64,000 nucleotides of DNA, from the IMG/VR virus record IMGVR_UViG_3300021399_000007, positions 69,874 through 133,873 of that record. One strand, 5' to 3'. This document shows, in pieces, positions 36,867-48,114 of the stretch. Source of the stretch: a virus. Position numbers and translations under genes: made by a program. Positions within the stretch are counted from its first letter, which is position 1, and every line of letters starts with the position of its first letter. The notes below the pieces were generated by a model. It saw only the letters and a program-made list of their open reading frames with translations. It made no database searches and was not told where the DNA came from.

Positions 36867-37748
36867 TCACCACTCTCCAGTCGCATAAATGCAATTCGAA
36901 TCTCCCTCGGTTGCATATGATGGGTTTGTGGAAGTATAGAATACTTTTTCAACAACATCAAAGTATCCTATTACACTATCAGCAATTCTAACGCATGGGA
37001 TATAATGCCCAATCATTGTATTACCGTCATATATCTTAATTTCTCCAATATTAGTACCACTGTTCACGCTTGGATTATCTGTCTGCGATTGGTCGGTATA
37101 ATAAACCGGATTTGCTGAAACAGTCAATCCGGGGAACGATAATACTGAACCGTAACTTCCTGTGACTTCAAGAGGCGTTTCATTGTTCAATGTTATGGTA
37201 GCACCATCCGAAGCAGGTCGGAACTTGATAATATTCTTCCCTGACTTAACGCCATTAATCATGCGGTCTGAACCATAAAGATGCATCCACGCTTTGCTTC
37301 CGTTCTGATAAAACGCAAAAGATTGAGCATTGTTAGTGATTTGAGCAGAACGAAGTCTTGAGCCAAGTATGGCCCCACCACCGGATGTAATACTCGAATT
37401 AAAACCAAAACTTATATCAATTCCTTTTTCATAAATTCTAGGATACTGCTTTATTTTAATCACAGGATCAAAGTTGGAAACAGTGCCCCTATATTTATAG
37501 ATATAATCGTGTTTGGTATATCCTGCAGGGAGTACATCAGAAGGCGGATTATAGATGGCTTCACGTAATGTTGCAAGTTTCTCTTCCGCATTGGATGCAT
37601 TCCAAGAAACGTATTCTAAGGCATCCAATACGCACAGGCCTACGCTTTTAACATATTCGATTGCATTCACTCCCCCAATGGACTCTATTGCAGATATAAT
37701 TTCATCTGCTTTATCATTACTAAATAATTGTTTTAAAGTATCTGACAT
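36867..37748 (-). CDS. Tail fibre/receptor-binding protein (~293 aa)
   Basis: Track ORF 36867-37772; start moved to ATG 37748 after GGGAGGTACGTGAAA. Confidence 0.5.
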   Translation of the reverse strand: MSDTLKQLFSNDKADEIISAIESIGGVNAIEYVKSVGLCVLDALEYVSWNASNAEEKLATLREAIYNPPSDVLPAGYTKHDYIYKYRGTVSNFDPVIKIKQYPRIYEKGIDISFGFNSSITSGGGAILGSRLRSAQITNNAQSFAFYQNGSKAWMHLYGSDRMINGVKSGKNIIKFRPASDGATITLNNETPLEVTGSYGSVLSFPGLTVSANPVYYTDQSQTDNPSVNSGTNIGEIKIYDGNTMIGHYIPCVRIADSVIGYFDVVEKVFYTSTNPSYATEGDSNCIYATGEW

Positions 37749-37750
37749 TT

Positions 37751-38650
37751 TCACGTACCTCCCACTTGACATATATAACCATTGTTGATTGTAAAGTTGG
37801 CAAGCAATCCTTCTTCATCAGATATTGCACCAATGTTTGCTCTAGCTTGTGACTTTTGTTCATCCGTTAATGTTTGCTGTGTTACTTTTACTACATAATC
37901 CAATGCACTTTCGATATGGCTGATGGTTACAGAATCGATATCACTCGGAGATATTAGGTCGGTGCTTTTATTGATTGAAAAGACGAATCTCACATACTTA
38001 GCGTTAGAAGGGACGTTCAATTTTCCGCTTTTGCGCCAGTCTTCCATGCTTATTTTCGATGTTGCGAAATCATTAACGGTAAAATACCATGCCGTAAAAT
38101 ACACATTCTCCTCACTTACGACATTGACATAGGCATCACCATTTTCGGGTAATTCTATATAGTTTGAGGTTCTTACACGATAAAGCATAGAACCGGCGTT
38201 CATTCCGCTGGCATCAAGTGCACCATTTTCCAAATCGCTACTGGACAGCGTAGTATCAGTAATCTCTGTAACATCTATACGTTCATTTAGTTCACTGATT
38301 TCATCACCAGTTTTCTTCGCATCAGCGGCTGCGCCGGATATACTTAAAGAAGAGTCTATAATCACCAAATCTTCACTAATTGGATTTATATTAGTATCTA
38401 ACCAGTCTGTGACTTCATCAACAATTAAATTAGCAACATAATATCTTAACTGTTCCATATCAATTTTCTCTGTAAAAAGAGTATCTAATTGATCTTGAAC
38501 AGAACCTTTCGTATTTATATCAATTTCGCCAAGGACATCTACTAATGTATTTTTCTTATTCCATTTTACATATTTAGATAAAATACTTATTGGAATCTAT
38601 TTAGAATAAGTTCCATCTTTATATTTTATCTTTATGGTTGATAAAGTTTC
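37751..38650 (-). CDS. Tail fibre protein with N-terminal anchor domain (paralog of 34421-35041), 1 in-frame TAG
   Basis: Minus ATG 38650 after AAGAAAGGACAATATTTTT; METLSTIKIKYKDGTYSK[TAG]IPISILSKYVKWNKKNTLVDVLGEIDINTKGSVQDQLDTLFTEKIDMEQLRYY... joins track ORF 37751-38458 in frame. Confidence 0.5.
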
Positions 38651-38670
38651 CATAAAAATATTGTCCTTTC

Positions 38671-38985
38671 TTAAAAATTACTTAGCTTGTTAAAAACTTT
38701 ATTTGTTATATAAACAATCTCTTCTCCATAAGTGGAGATTATATCTGCTATAATTTCCTACTGTTCGACAGTAAGAGATACATTATACGAAAACATTGCG
38801 GCGTGCGTGATTTCATGACATAACACCTTTTTTAAAAGGTCACCAGTCAGCGTCTCATTTATATATATAGTTCTTGTCAAATTATCACACGCACCTATAG
38901 AATATTCCCCAGACAACCTTCTAAGAAGAGGGAAGTCTGGGGAAACAAACGCAAGTTTCCAATAGACGTTATTAATAAGAAACAT
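38671..38985 (-). CDS. ImmA/IrrE (DUF955)-family HExxH metallopeptidase-like protein (104 aa), 1 in-frame TAG
   Basis: ...TIYINETLTGDLLKKVLCHEITHAAMF...[TAG]EIIADIISTYGEEIVYITNKVFNKLSNF*. Confidence 0.4.
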
Positions 38986-39575
38986 TAGCCTATCTTACTT
39001 GCTAACGTTGTCATCTTTTGATGCAACGTAGCTCTTTCTTCGGGAGACGCATCCTTAATCATTTCAGTAATATCTGTAGAAAGTTCTTGAAGGTATGCTT
39101 CTAATTCATGAAGTTGTGAATTAGGATCATTGTGCATCTCCTTACCTTCCATGTACATGCGGCGACGCATTGGACTTCTGCCCTCGCGAGGGTCCCGTCT
39201 CATGACGTTAGGCATCTAGGTGTAGTAGTTCATGCCACCACGGTTACCGCCTTCACCACCCATTCCACGATCATTTCCGTTGGTGGGATAATACATGTAA
39301 CCGCCTGTCCGCTCCACATCCCTGTAATCAGGATACATTTTATTATAATATGGAGTGGTATAATAATTAATATTAGTTTCACCTTGATATTGCCCCTCGC
39401 TACCTTTTTCCATAGCATCAGTAATAGTGCAATAATAAATAGCTTCCGCCAAATCTTTTATCATATCAACTGCTTCGCCCAATTCATGAGCATCTGCTTT
39501 TGAAAGATCTCCAAGTTGACCTTGAACACAACTTACAAGTTGTTCCTTCATCATTTTTAGTGTTTCTGTTGCCAT
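38985..39575 (-). CDS. Gly/Tyr-rich protein (196 aa), 1 in-frame TAG; coat-F-like helical N-terminus
   Basis: Track ORFs 39216-39575 and 38985-39215 same frame joined by TAG; SD TAAGGAGGATAAAGAT-ATG. Confidence 0.45.
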
Positions 39576-39588
39576 ATCTTTATCCTCC

Positions 39589-40050
39589 TTATGCTACTCT
39601 TGTTACTGTTAATGAAGCTTCACGTCTTACTAGAATAGATGGAGTAGGTGTCGTAGCTGGATCATCTTCCGTTCCATCCACATATGCACCAGATACAGTT
39701 ACACAGCATCCGCAAGGAACCGTGATAGAAGCTGAAGTATTTATATGCCAGTAATCTTCTACTGCGGCTGGAGTTACGATAGCAACACTCTAAGGAATAG
39801 TTACTCCATTAAGAGTAATTCCTAATGCTATTGGAGTAACCGCACCACCTGTAGGAATTTGAATATTTCCCTGAAGTTTAACTTCATATCTTGCAAAACG
39901 ATTAGAAGTGTTGCCATTTAAGTTAAGAACCCCAGGAACAAGGGGAACAACGTTCCCCTTATTACATGGAATAGAAACACTATTAAAAGGAATTGTACCA
40001 TTTAATGCGACTAAATTGTCAACAGTCGTTACATAACTAGCCATAAGCAA
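39589..40050 (-). CDS. Structural beta-rich protein (153 aa), 1 in-frame TAG (BclA-C-like guess)
   Basis: Track ORF 39790-40050 continues past TAG at 39787-39789 to TAA at 39589-39591. Confidence 0.4.
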
Positions 40051-40059
40051 CCTCCCTTA

Positions 40060-40842
40060 TTAATTATAGAATCCATTCCCATTGCATCCACAATTATTCC
40101 AATTACCGCAATTGCATCCATAAGGATTTGCAACTACATACGCGGGAATTGGTGCAGGATTTAATGCTCTAAGTAATGCAGTTGTTTGAGCCGCATTGTC
40201 ATTTAAAATCTGACCAGTCTGAGCATTCTGGGAAGCCGCGAGACTTGCAAGATAACCTTGCATCTGAAGCTGTTGATTCTGTGTCTTAAGAGCATCAATC
40301 TCTTGCTGACAAAGCTTATCAAGAATAGCCTGTGTATTTGCTGTGTTAGAAGCAATTACATCACGAAGTGCGTCCGTTACGGCAGAACGGTCAGCACATG
40401 CTTCAGTAGCTACTGTATATTTAAGATCAGCCAGTCCTGCGCGATTTTCACAGCAACAGTTCTGCTGATTCATAGCAATAGTATTAAGTTGTGTAGAAAG
40501 ATTTGCTTGATTATTATTTAAGGTTTGAAGTACGTTTGCTTGCGCGTTACAACGAGATACTTCTGCATTGGAGAAACCAGTATTGATAGCACTAGCAATA
40601 CCACTTAAACCACCAATAACTGCACTTTGATCAAATCCTCTTTGAATATCAGCAGTCATATAACCAGCTCCACCGCCGCCATATCCACCGTATCCATTTC
40701 CCCATCCTCCTGCGAGAATAAGGATAAATAAAAGAAGAATCCAACCGCCATCGTTTCCACCAAAACCAAAACCACCATTATTATTATTGCCAGTAGCAGC
40801 CGCAATGTCTGCTAAAGAATAACCATTATTGTTGTTAAACAT
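40060..40842 (-). CDS. Gly-rich, Cys-rich membrane protein (~260 aa)
   Basis: Start at ATG 40842 after GTAAGAGGAGATTAAAA; TM WILLLFILILAGGW; Gly and Cys clusters. Confidence 0.45.
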   Translation of the reverse strand: MFNNNNGYSLADIAAATGNNNNGGFGFGGNDGGWILLLFILILAGGWGNGYGGYGGGGAGYMTADIQRGFDQSAVIGGLSGIASAINTGFSNAEVSRCNAQANVLQTLNNNQANLSTQLNTIAMNQQNCCCENRAGLADLKYTVATEACADRSAVTDALRDVIASNTANTQAILDKLCQQEIDALKTQNQQLQMQGYLASLAASQNAQTGQILNDNAAQTTALLRALNPAPIPAYVVANPYGCNCGNWNNCGCNGNGFYN

Positions 40843-40896
40843 TTTTAATCTCCTCTTACTTTCCAAATAAGCCATCAAAAAGTTGTTACACAATGA

Positions 40897-41133
40897 TTAA
40901 TGAAATTGATTTTTAAAATTTGCAAACTCTTTATCAAAGTCTAATCCCCTTTGGGCAGCGAGGTTTCGTGCCAACGCCTATAGTCCTGGTGCATTTCCAT
41001 TCTAAGCTAAATTCATTGCATTATTTAAAATAGGATTACTTTGACTTTTCTGTTGAAGGATATTCATTACTAATTGTTGTGGGTTCTGCCCGCCCTTAAT
41101 TAATTGTATTAATTGCATTGGATTCACATTCAT
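40897..41133 (-). CDS. Small Q/N-rich protein (78 aa), 2 in-frame TAG
   Basis: MNVNPMQLIQLIKGGQNPQQLVMNILQQKSQSNPILNNAMNLA[TAG]NGNAPGL[TAG]ALARNLAAQRGLDFDKEFANFKNQFH*. Confidence 0.3.
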
Positions 41134-41154
41134 ATCATATTTTCTCCCCTTTAT

Positions 41155-41633
41155 CAAAAATTAGTTACAACAGCCTTTTTCTCTTCCGCTTGTGGCGGCG
41201 CTGCCTGAGGTTGTATAGATGCCATTAACGCTTGTATTACTTTGTTGAATTCATCTTTTGTAACGTACTAATTTGAATAAGGATTTTCATCTTCTGTGAA
41301 AACATATGTTTTAAAAGTGGCAGTTCCATCATTGTTAATTTGTTTAGTATAGATTTTCCCATTGCCAACATCAGTAAAAACCCACAGGGAACCATCTAAA
41401 TCAATTTGATATGCTCTAGCTTCATCTTTTGATGAAACTGGTCTACATTTTAAAAATTGATTAGATAACAAATTTTGAGAACCATTCATTCTTCCCATAT
41501 AATTATCATATGGAGTATTACTCAATAACATGTTATTGTTCCCATAGGGAAACTGGATTGGAGTTTGCTGCTGTTGGCTCATTACATTAGGCATTTGTTG
41601 TATGCCTAAATTTTGATTATTGTAATTTGCCAT
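41155..41633 (-). CDS. Q/N-rich protein (~159 aa), 1 in-frame TAG
   Basis: Start ATG 41633 after GCAAGGAGGAGATCG; track ORF 41268-41690 continues past TAG to TGA ~41155. Confidence 0.4.
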
Positions 41634-41768
41634 CGATCTCCTCCTTGCGCGCTTAAAAAATTTTAATAAGTTACTCTTTCGCGAAAACATAGGAACATAA
41701 TATTTCCTACATTTATATATTAAAATTCATCTTAACAGATTATCTAGTTTTGACCTATATTTTTTCAT

Positions 41769-41797
41769 TTGACAATTATAAAAATTTTTAGTATAAT
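41769..41797 (+). promoter_or_regulatory. Early-type sigma70 promoter inside late region
   Basis: TTGACA 41769-41774, 17 nt, TATAAT 41792-41797, leader CCCCAAGAGAAAGGAG. Confidence 0.55.
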
Positions 41798-41825
41798 TAC
41801 CCCAAGAGAAAGGAGATTGGTATAA

Positions 41826-42317
41826 ATGAAAATATTATCTATTGATGCTTCTACTAAATCATCTGGTTGGTGCATAGGATAGGATGGAAGATTTGAAAAA
41901 TCTGGATGCGTTGCAGCGGCCTCTAAAAATGTAAATGCACGAATTATTAAAATTCGTGATGAAATATCTAAAATAATTAAAGAAAATAATATAGATAAAA
42001 TTGTTATGTAGTAGGTGCGGCCTGAGTACAATTCTCATACTAATAAAGTATTAATGTGGTTACAGGCTGCGATTGTTCTCGCCGCTTATGAAATTAATCC
42101 AAAAATTTAGTGTGAATTTATTGGAGCTACAGAATGGCGGGCCGCATTAAAAATAAAACAGGGACGCGGCATAAAGAGAGAAATGCTCAAACCGCAAGAT
42201 ATAAAATACGTAGAAGATAAATACTCAATTAAAGTCCAAAATGATGACTAGGCTGATGCAATTTGCATATTTGATGCCTATTGGGAAAAAAATGATAATA
42301 AAATTAATTGGGAATAA
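41826..42317 (+). CDS. RuvC-like Holliday junction resolvase (163 aa), 5 in-frame TAG codons
   Basis: MKILSIDASTKSSGWCIG (RuvC motif I), ...ADAICIFDAYW (C-terminal D-A-x-A motif); TAGs at codons 19, 62, 63, 95, 142. Confidence 0.5.
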
Positions 42318-42359
42318 AAAAAATGGGTAATGATTATTAATCATTACCCATTTATTATT

Positions 42360-42773
42360 TTATTCTTTATTACATAAAATAGATTGTAATTGCATTATTT
42401 CTCTTGGTGTGAGGATATCATATTTATCGTCACTATAATCAAATATAGAAATATCATCTACTGTAGATAATTTAATTTCTACTTCTATATTTAATAATTC
42501 ATTAATTTCTGCAATATAATTACTCATGTGTTCATCATCAACCTGAGGAATTCCTGTTGCAGTATAAATATATTCACCTTTGTCATTTTTAATAATAAAA
42601 TCTTTGTAAGTTTCAATGATTTTATTCAACATTTTGGTATAGCAATCTACATCACCTTGAATATTTAATGCATTTTTAACAATTAAATATGAGATTTTTT
42701 GTGGCAATTTTTTTGTAGAATATTTATTTAATATTTGCATCATACTAAGTAGTTCTATATTTTTAATTTTCAT
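42360..42773 (-). CDS. Hypothetical protein (137 aa)
   Basis: Track ORF; ATG overlaps end of tail spike gene. Confidence 0.5.
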   Translation of the reverse strand: MKIKNIELLSMMQILNKYSTKKLPQKISYLIVKNALNIQGDVDCYTKMLNKIIETYKDFIIKNDKGEYIYTATGIPQVDDEHMSNYIAEINELLNIEVEIKLSTVDDISIFDYSDDKYDILTPREIMQLQSILCNKE

Positions 42774-45700
42774 ATATAATATCCTCTAATTCTTTTATTC
42801 TTTTTTGTTGTTTTTGTAATACTGCAATAATAGGAGCAATAAATTGATCATATGACAAACCCCATGATAATAAATTATCATCAACCTATTCACCAAAATA
42901 AGGTTCAACTTCTTCATCAGGATCATTACTTTTATAACTTGCAGCTACTACTGATAAATTTTGATTTAAATTTTTACACACTTTTGCAACATCTTGTGCA
43001 ATAAATCCCATACGAGTTCTTCGATGATCTCCCTTTTTCCACATAAAAGAAATTGGCTATAAAGACATTATAAAATCTTCTGCAAAATCAATCTATCCTA
43101 AAATATCTTTTAATTTTCTATCTGAGGATGTATCTACATTTAAACAAAAAACATTATTAAATCTATAACCGTCCTGAGTGTCTCTTCCTAAATCTACTAC
43201 TGCTGTATCATGTGTAGGGACTAATCGTGGACTTTGTCCAGATATTCTAATTTTAGTTTTTTGTGTATTAAATTCTATATGACCAGAGTATTTATCAGAT
43301 TTGTTCATTACTCCAGTACTTAATCTTACATCTCCATATGCATCCTATATTTCAATATCATGTTCCGTTTGATCGTCATTATATCCAACATATAAACTTA
43401 ATCCTAAATAACTAGTTAGCTGGGTAGCGCCACCAGATCCTTTTAAATTTAAACTACTCTTTGGTGTATATAATTGAATATTACCTGTTGAGGGGCGTCC
43501 TGGTGAATCAGAACCAACCATTACATCCAAATTACCATTTACCCATATCGTTGAAGACTGATCGCAAAACATCCCCCATTTATGGCTAGAAAAACTCCAA
43601 GGAGTTGAATTAGAATAATCAAGTGTAGGAGGTACATATCCAAGATAAATTCCTTGTGTACTACTTGATGTAGAAGTTTGATCATTTCTTATTCCTATGT
43701 AAGACCCATGATTTGTAATTGCATAAAATGAATTTTTATATAAATCTGGTGTACTAGAAACATACAATTTATCAGGTCTTATTTCAACTAAAGAGCCATA
43801 TGTTAATCCTCCATATGATTGAGGTGGAGTTGTAGTTAAATCTGGATTTGGATTATAATCTTCAAAACTAAAACCACCTATATGACCAGTACCATCTGCA
43901 TTAAGAGAAAAAGCATTATTACTTGACTTTATTCCATTATTTAATAAATCTAATCCACCAATTTTACCTGCAGATGCATAAATAGTTCCATATATAATTG
44001 CATTACTAGCAGTTAATAATCCATTACTAGAAACAACAAAAGTGGTTAATGAAGAATCTTCCTCCCAATATGTAGCATTTGGCGGCTTATTGCTTTGTGC
44101 AGAAGTGTGTGCTAAAATACATTTATAAATTTTTCCATTGTCACGAATAATATCATTTATAGCATATATGGCATCTTCCTACCAAAGCGGCAATGGCCCA
44201 CCAACCACGCCATTTTCTTTAATGTACCCGCTCAGTTCATTTTGTAAGCCATCAATTTTTTCAATAGGAATAGTTGCATTATTCCCCAAATTTAAAGTAG
44301 TTGCAGTAATAACACCAGATATATTTGCTTCTTCGGCATGTAATATTCCTTGTGGATTAACTGAGAACTTACCATTTCCAAATCTGATTTCAGGAGCAGT
44401 TAAATTAATTAATAATCCAGCTCCAGCCTATCCTGATGATGTATAATCAATAGGTAATCCATCCTATCCATAATTAGTAGATTTCCAAAAATTATGACTA
44501 TAAATCATAGCTTTTTGTGCGATTGGATCTATAATAATTTGACCATTATCTGCTTTACCAAAAATAGCAGAGCCATTCTAACTATTTAAAAAGAATGTGC
44601 GGGCGCCACTATTATACCCAAATAAACCAGACTATGGCTCACTTTTATCTGGAGACCGCACCTATCCCATAAGCACGCCAGTAAAACTATGATCATTTTC
44701 TTTTCGTCCTGCGCCGACCTGTGGACTAAGAATAAAACCGCCTTCTTGATCGACTTGAACGCTATTACCATCCCATTCATTTATATGAGATAAGCCATAT
44801 TTATTTAATAAAAAATGAATAGGAACATTTATTTTACCAATTATTACATTATTCTGTTTATATATACAACAAACTGCATTATTGACACATAATCCATCAT
44901 ATTTTGATTTTGGACGAATTATACATTGATTTTTTTCATATCCGTTATTTGGAAGAATCTCTAATAAAAGAGAATTAATTGCCGCTCCATCTTTAGATAA
45001 ATAATTTCCAATAACAGATGGTTCATAAGAAATTGCATGGATACCAGAAACCAGTGAAATATCTTCCCAAATATTATCAATAAATTCTTCACAAATAAAT
45101 TCAAAAGGACTGGTATCATCATATTGCGGCAAAACGCCATCTGAAGTATACATTACATACCTAAATCCAGTATAATCTTTTAATTTTACTCTATATTTTT
45201 CATTACTAGTCCAAGCTGTTACTATGGGAATTGTGCCATAATAAGTTTTACCTTCCCAATCAATACTACATTTAATAATATTTGCTAAAGGTGTACTTAA
45301 ATTAGAATCTAAATGATCTCCAGTATATTTAATTTGCCCATTATTTGCATTTACTATTTCAAAAGCAGATGCATCAGAGTATGTATTATTATATTTATTT
45401 TTTAACACACTCCAAATGACACTTGAAGGCTGGGTTAAATTGTCTTGAGCAGTATCTGTCATAGAATTACCTTCCCATACCAATTCTCCACTATGCCATA
45501 ATTGTGCCTTAAAAAACTTATAACTATTATTAATAGAAAGTTCAGTTTCTGCGGCGGAAGTTCCTAATCCATAGTTTAAAATATACTTATTTCCAGCTTT
45601 AGTAATCATTGGAGCCAATGGAGGAACGCTCATTGTTGTATTTGGAACTAATTTTACTATATATTCAGTTCCATTTGTACCAGGTTCTCCCTGCTTAGCA

Positions 45701-47811
45701 AAAGTAAAGTTGGTTTCCGCAGATAAACTTAACCCTTTATATCTTACTGTTAATTTTATTTGATTTCTTTGTTTTTGAATATAATATCTTTGTGAAATAT
45801 TATAAAACAAAGTTGGTTTATCATCATAATATCTATAATTTTCATCTTCATCAAAGTCTAATCCATTTTCCTATGAATCGACTAACATAGTATCTGTTTT
45901 AGGAAATTCCCATTTAATTCTACAATTATTTATATTTTCCAAAATATCTTCCTAAATAGGTTGACCTAAATTGTCATATATTGTAAAACTAAGCGGCAAA
46001 ATTTCTTGCGGCGAGTCCAGACTCTTGCTGTTTGGAGCAACGCCATTTTCATTATATTGAAAAACTTGTGTACCATTATTAATAACAAGAGAATAAAGAT
46101 CTTCTCCACTTAAAGTATTTTCTAAAGTTATTGATGGAGTACCTAATAAAATACCATTCTCATTAACGACAGTACATTTAAAGGTTCTACTATCTGTAAT
46201 ATCATTGATTTGTACATTATAGATTTTATTGCCTTCTACTCTTTGAATAGAATTAAAAGCTTTAACATTATTCTATAATGTAGTTAAATTCTCTTTCTAC
46301 GCATTTTCAAACTTAGTTCCTGCAATAATTTCATTCTAGAGATTCGTTAATGCAGTAACCGCTGCAGTATATGCAGTATTTTCTGATGTAGTTTTTGGTA
46401 ATTCTTCAAGCACCTAATTGTCAGATACATACGCCCAATAGTAATGATAGTTCTGAGGCTATGTTCCATTAACCTTACAAGTTAAAGTTGGATGTCCAAT
46501 GTCATAATAAAATTTTGTACCATTACTTGATTCTATCGTCAACTATGGTGTTTCTGCACATAAATTCTTAATATTAACCTATTTAGATGCGGTGTTTCCA
46601 TTATAAACAACTACAACTTTAATTTTATTGTCACTTGCGGTTGCCGCGGTGAAACTCATTTTATATATATTCCCCGCAGGTACCCATTCTATAATAGCAT
46701 TAGGATCATTAGGAACAGTAGGATCGGCATCAATAATATTACTTTGATTTAAACACTACCAACCTCTCCCTAAATGTTTATTATAATATCTATTATTAGC
46801 CATGACTTGATTATTTTCTCTTCCCCAATAGAAAGAGAAATTTTTATCAATCGCTACTTCTTTTCCTTTAATTCTAACTTTTGCGGTAATTGTTTTATAA
46901 TCAGCTGTTGTAGAATCATCTTTAAAAATAAGCCCTTCTGGGACAGAAAGAGAAATAGAAAGTCCATTTAATTCAGATTCAGATAATTTTGAAGTTCCAA
47001 AAAACTTCAAATTAGTAATTTCTATATCCCCTGTTTCTAATCGTCTATCTGTAATAACTCCATTAGCACCAGGGAATTCCTTATTGAAAATCTCTATAGA
47101 CTCAATACGAATAAAATTCTATCCATCGATTTTAAAATATTGTGATTGTTCTGTCCCATATGCCAATCTATATGGGTTATCTTTCATGTTATCTTCATTG
47201 ATTGTATATGAACGAATAACCTCTTGGTTAGAAGTATTATCTAAAAATCTTAAATTATAAGTGATACCATAATGACCTCTAGTTTGTCTTTCAGGCGCGA
47301 TAGAGGTTTTAAAGGTTGCGGCAACCTTAATAGAAGAAGATCGTCTTATATAATAAGCTAAGGCCAGATCATCTAATGAAATATCACTAGGTTCTCCATA
47401 TTGATAAATTGTATATTTATAATCTCTATTTAATGTATTTAAATAAAATTTGTCAATATCATTAACATTAATGCAATTAGTACCATTAATATCATAAACT
47501 GCCTAATTGTCTAACTAACTAATATAACTTACCCCAGACCGCGTAGTTGAACTTAAAATAGTCTTATCTTTTGACATATCGTTGCCTGGAACAAGAATAT
47601 TAACATAAGAGCCATTAGTATATGTTGTATCTATATTATTAGAATAAGCATATATAATAGCATCTTGATAGCGGCATCTATATTTTCCGATAGACGCGTC
47701 CTCACATGAAATAATCTGCGCTTGGATTGTTGTATTATAATTAGCTTTTTCTACTTTTGAATTTGCTAATAATTCAATAGCATCCAAAACAGTCTAATTT
47801 ACATTCATGTA
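42763..47811 (-). CDS. Giant tail spike/fibre protein (~1682 aa) with C-terminal peptidase S74 intramolecular chaperone domain; ~25 in-frame TAG codons
   Basis: Track fragments 47515-47787, 46756-47010, 44662-45810, 43345-43767, 43093-43308 share one frame; S74 motifs DTSSDRKLKDI and GFIAQDV; SD AAGGAGGAAAATTATAC-ATG at 47811. Confidence 0.5.
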
Positions 47812-47899
47812 TAATTTTCCTCCTTATATCTCTAATATAAAAATAAATTTATATTATATTAATAGTATAACATATTTTTTTCATTTTTTCAACTCTACT

Positions 47900-48065
47900 A
47901 TTTCAATATTCTTCTTTTTTCTTCCTAAATGCTTTTATAATTATATCTTGTAATTTCAAAAAAATCTTTTTCGGTTATTTCTTTTAACTATACCAATTTT
48001 GATAATTCTTCTAATCCATATACACCTGTATCCCATTTATATTGTAATATTGTTAAATTTTCCAT
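47900..48065 (-). CDS. XkdX-like small phage protein, in-frame TAGs
   Basis: MENLTILQYKWDTGVYGLEELSKLV[TAG]LKEITEKDFFEITRYNYKSI[TAG]EEKRRILK...; XkdX-like pattern. Confidence 0.3.
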
Positions 48066-48114
48066 ATTTTGCCTTTCTTAACATAATATAAAGAGGGAAT
48101 AACCCCTCTTTATA

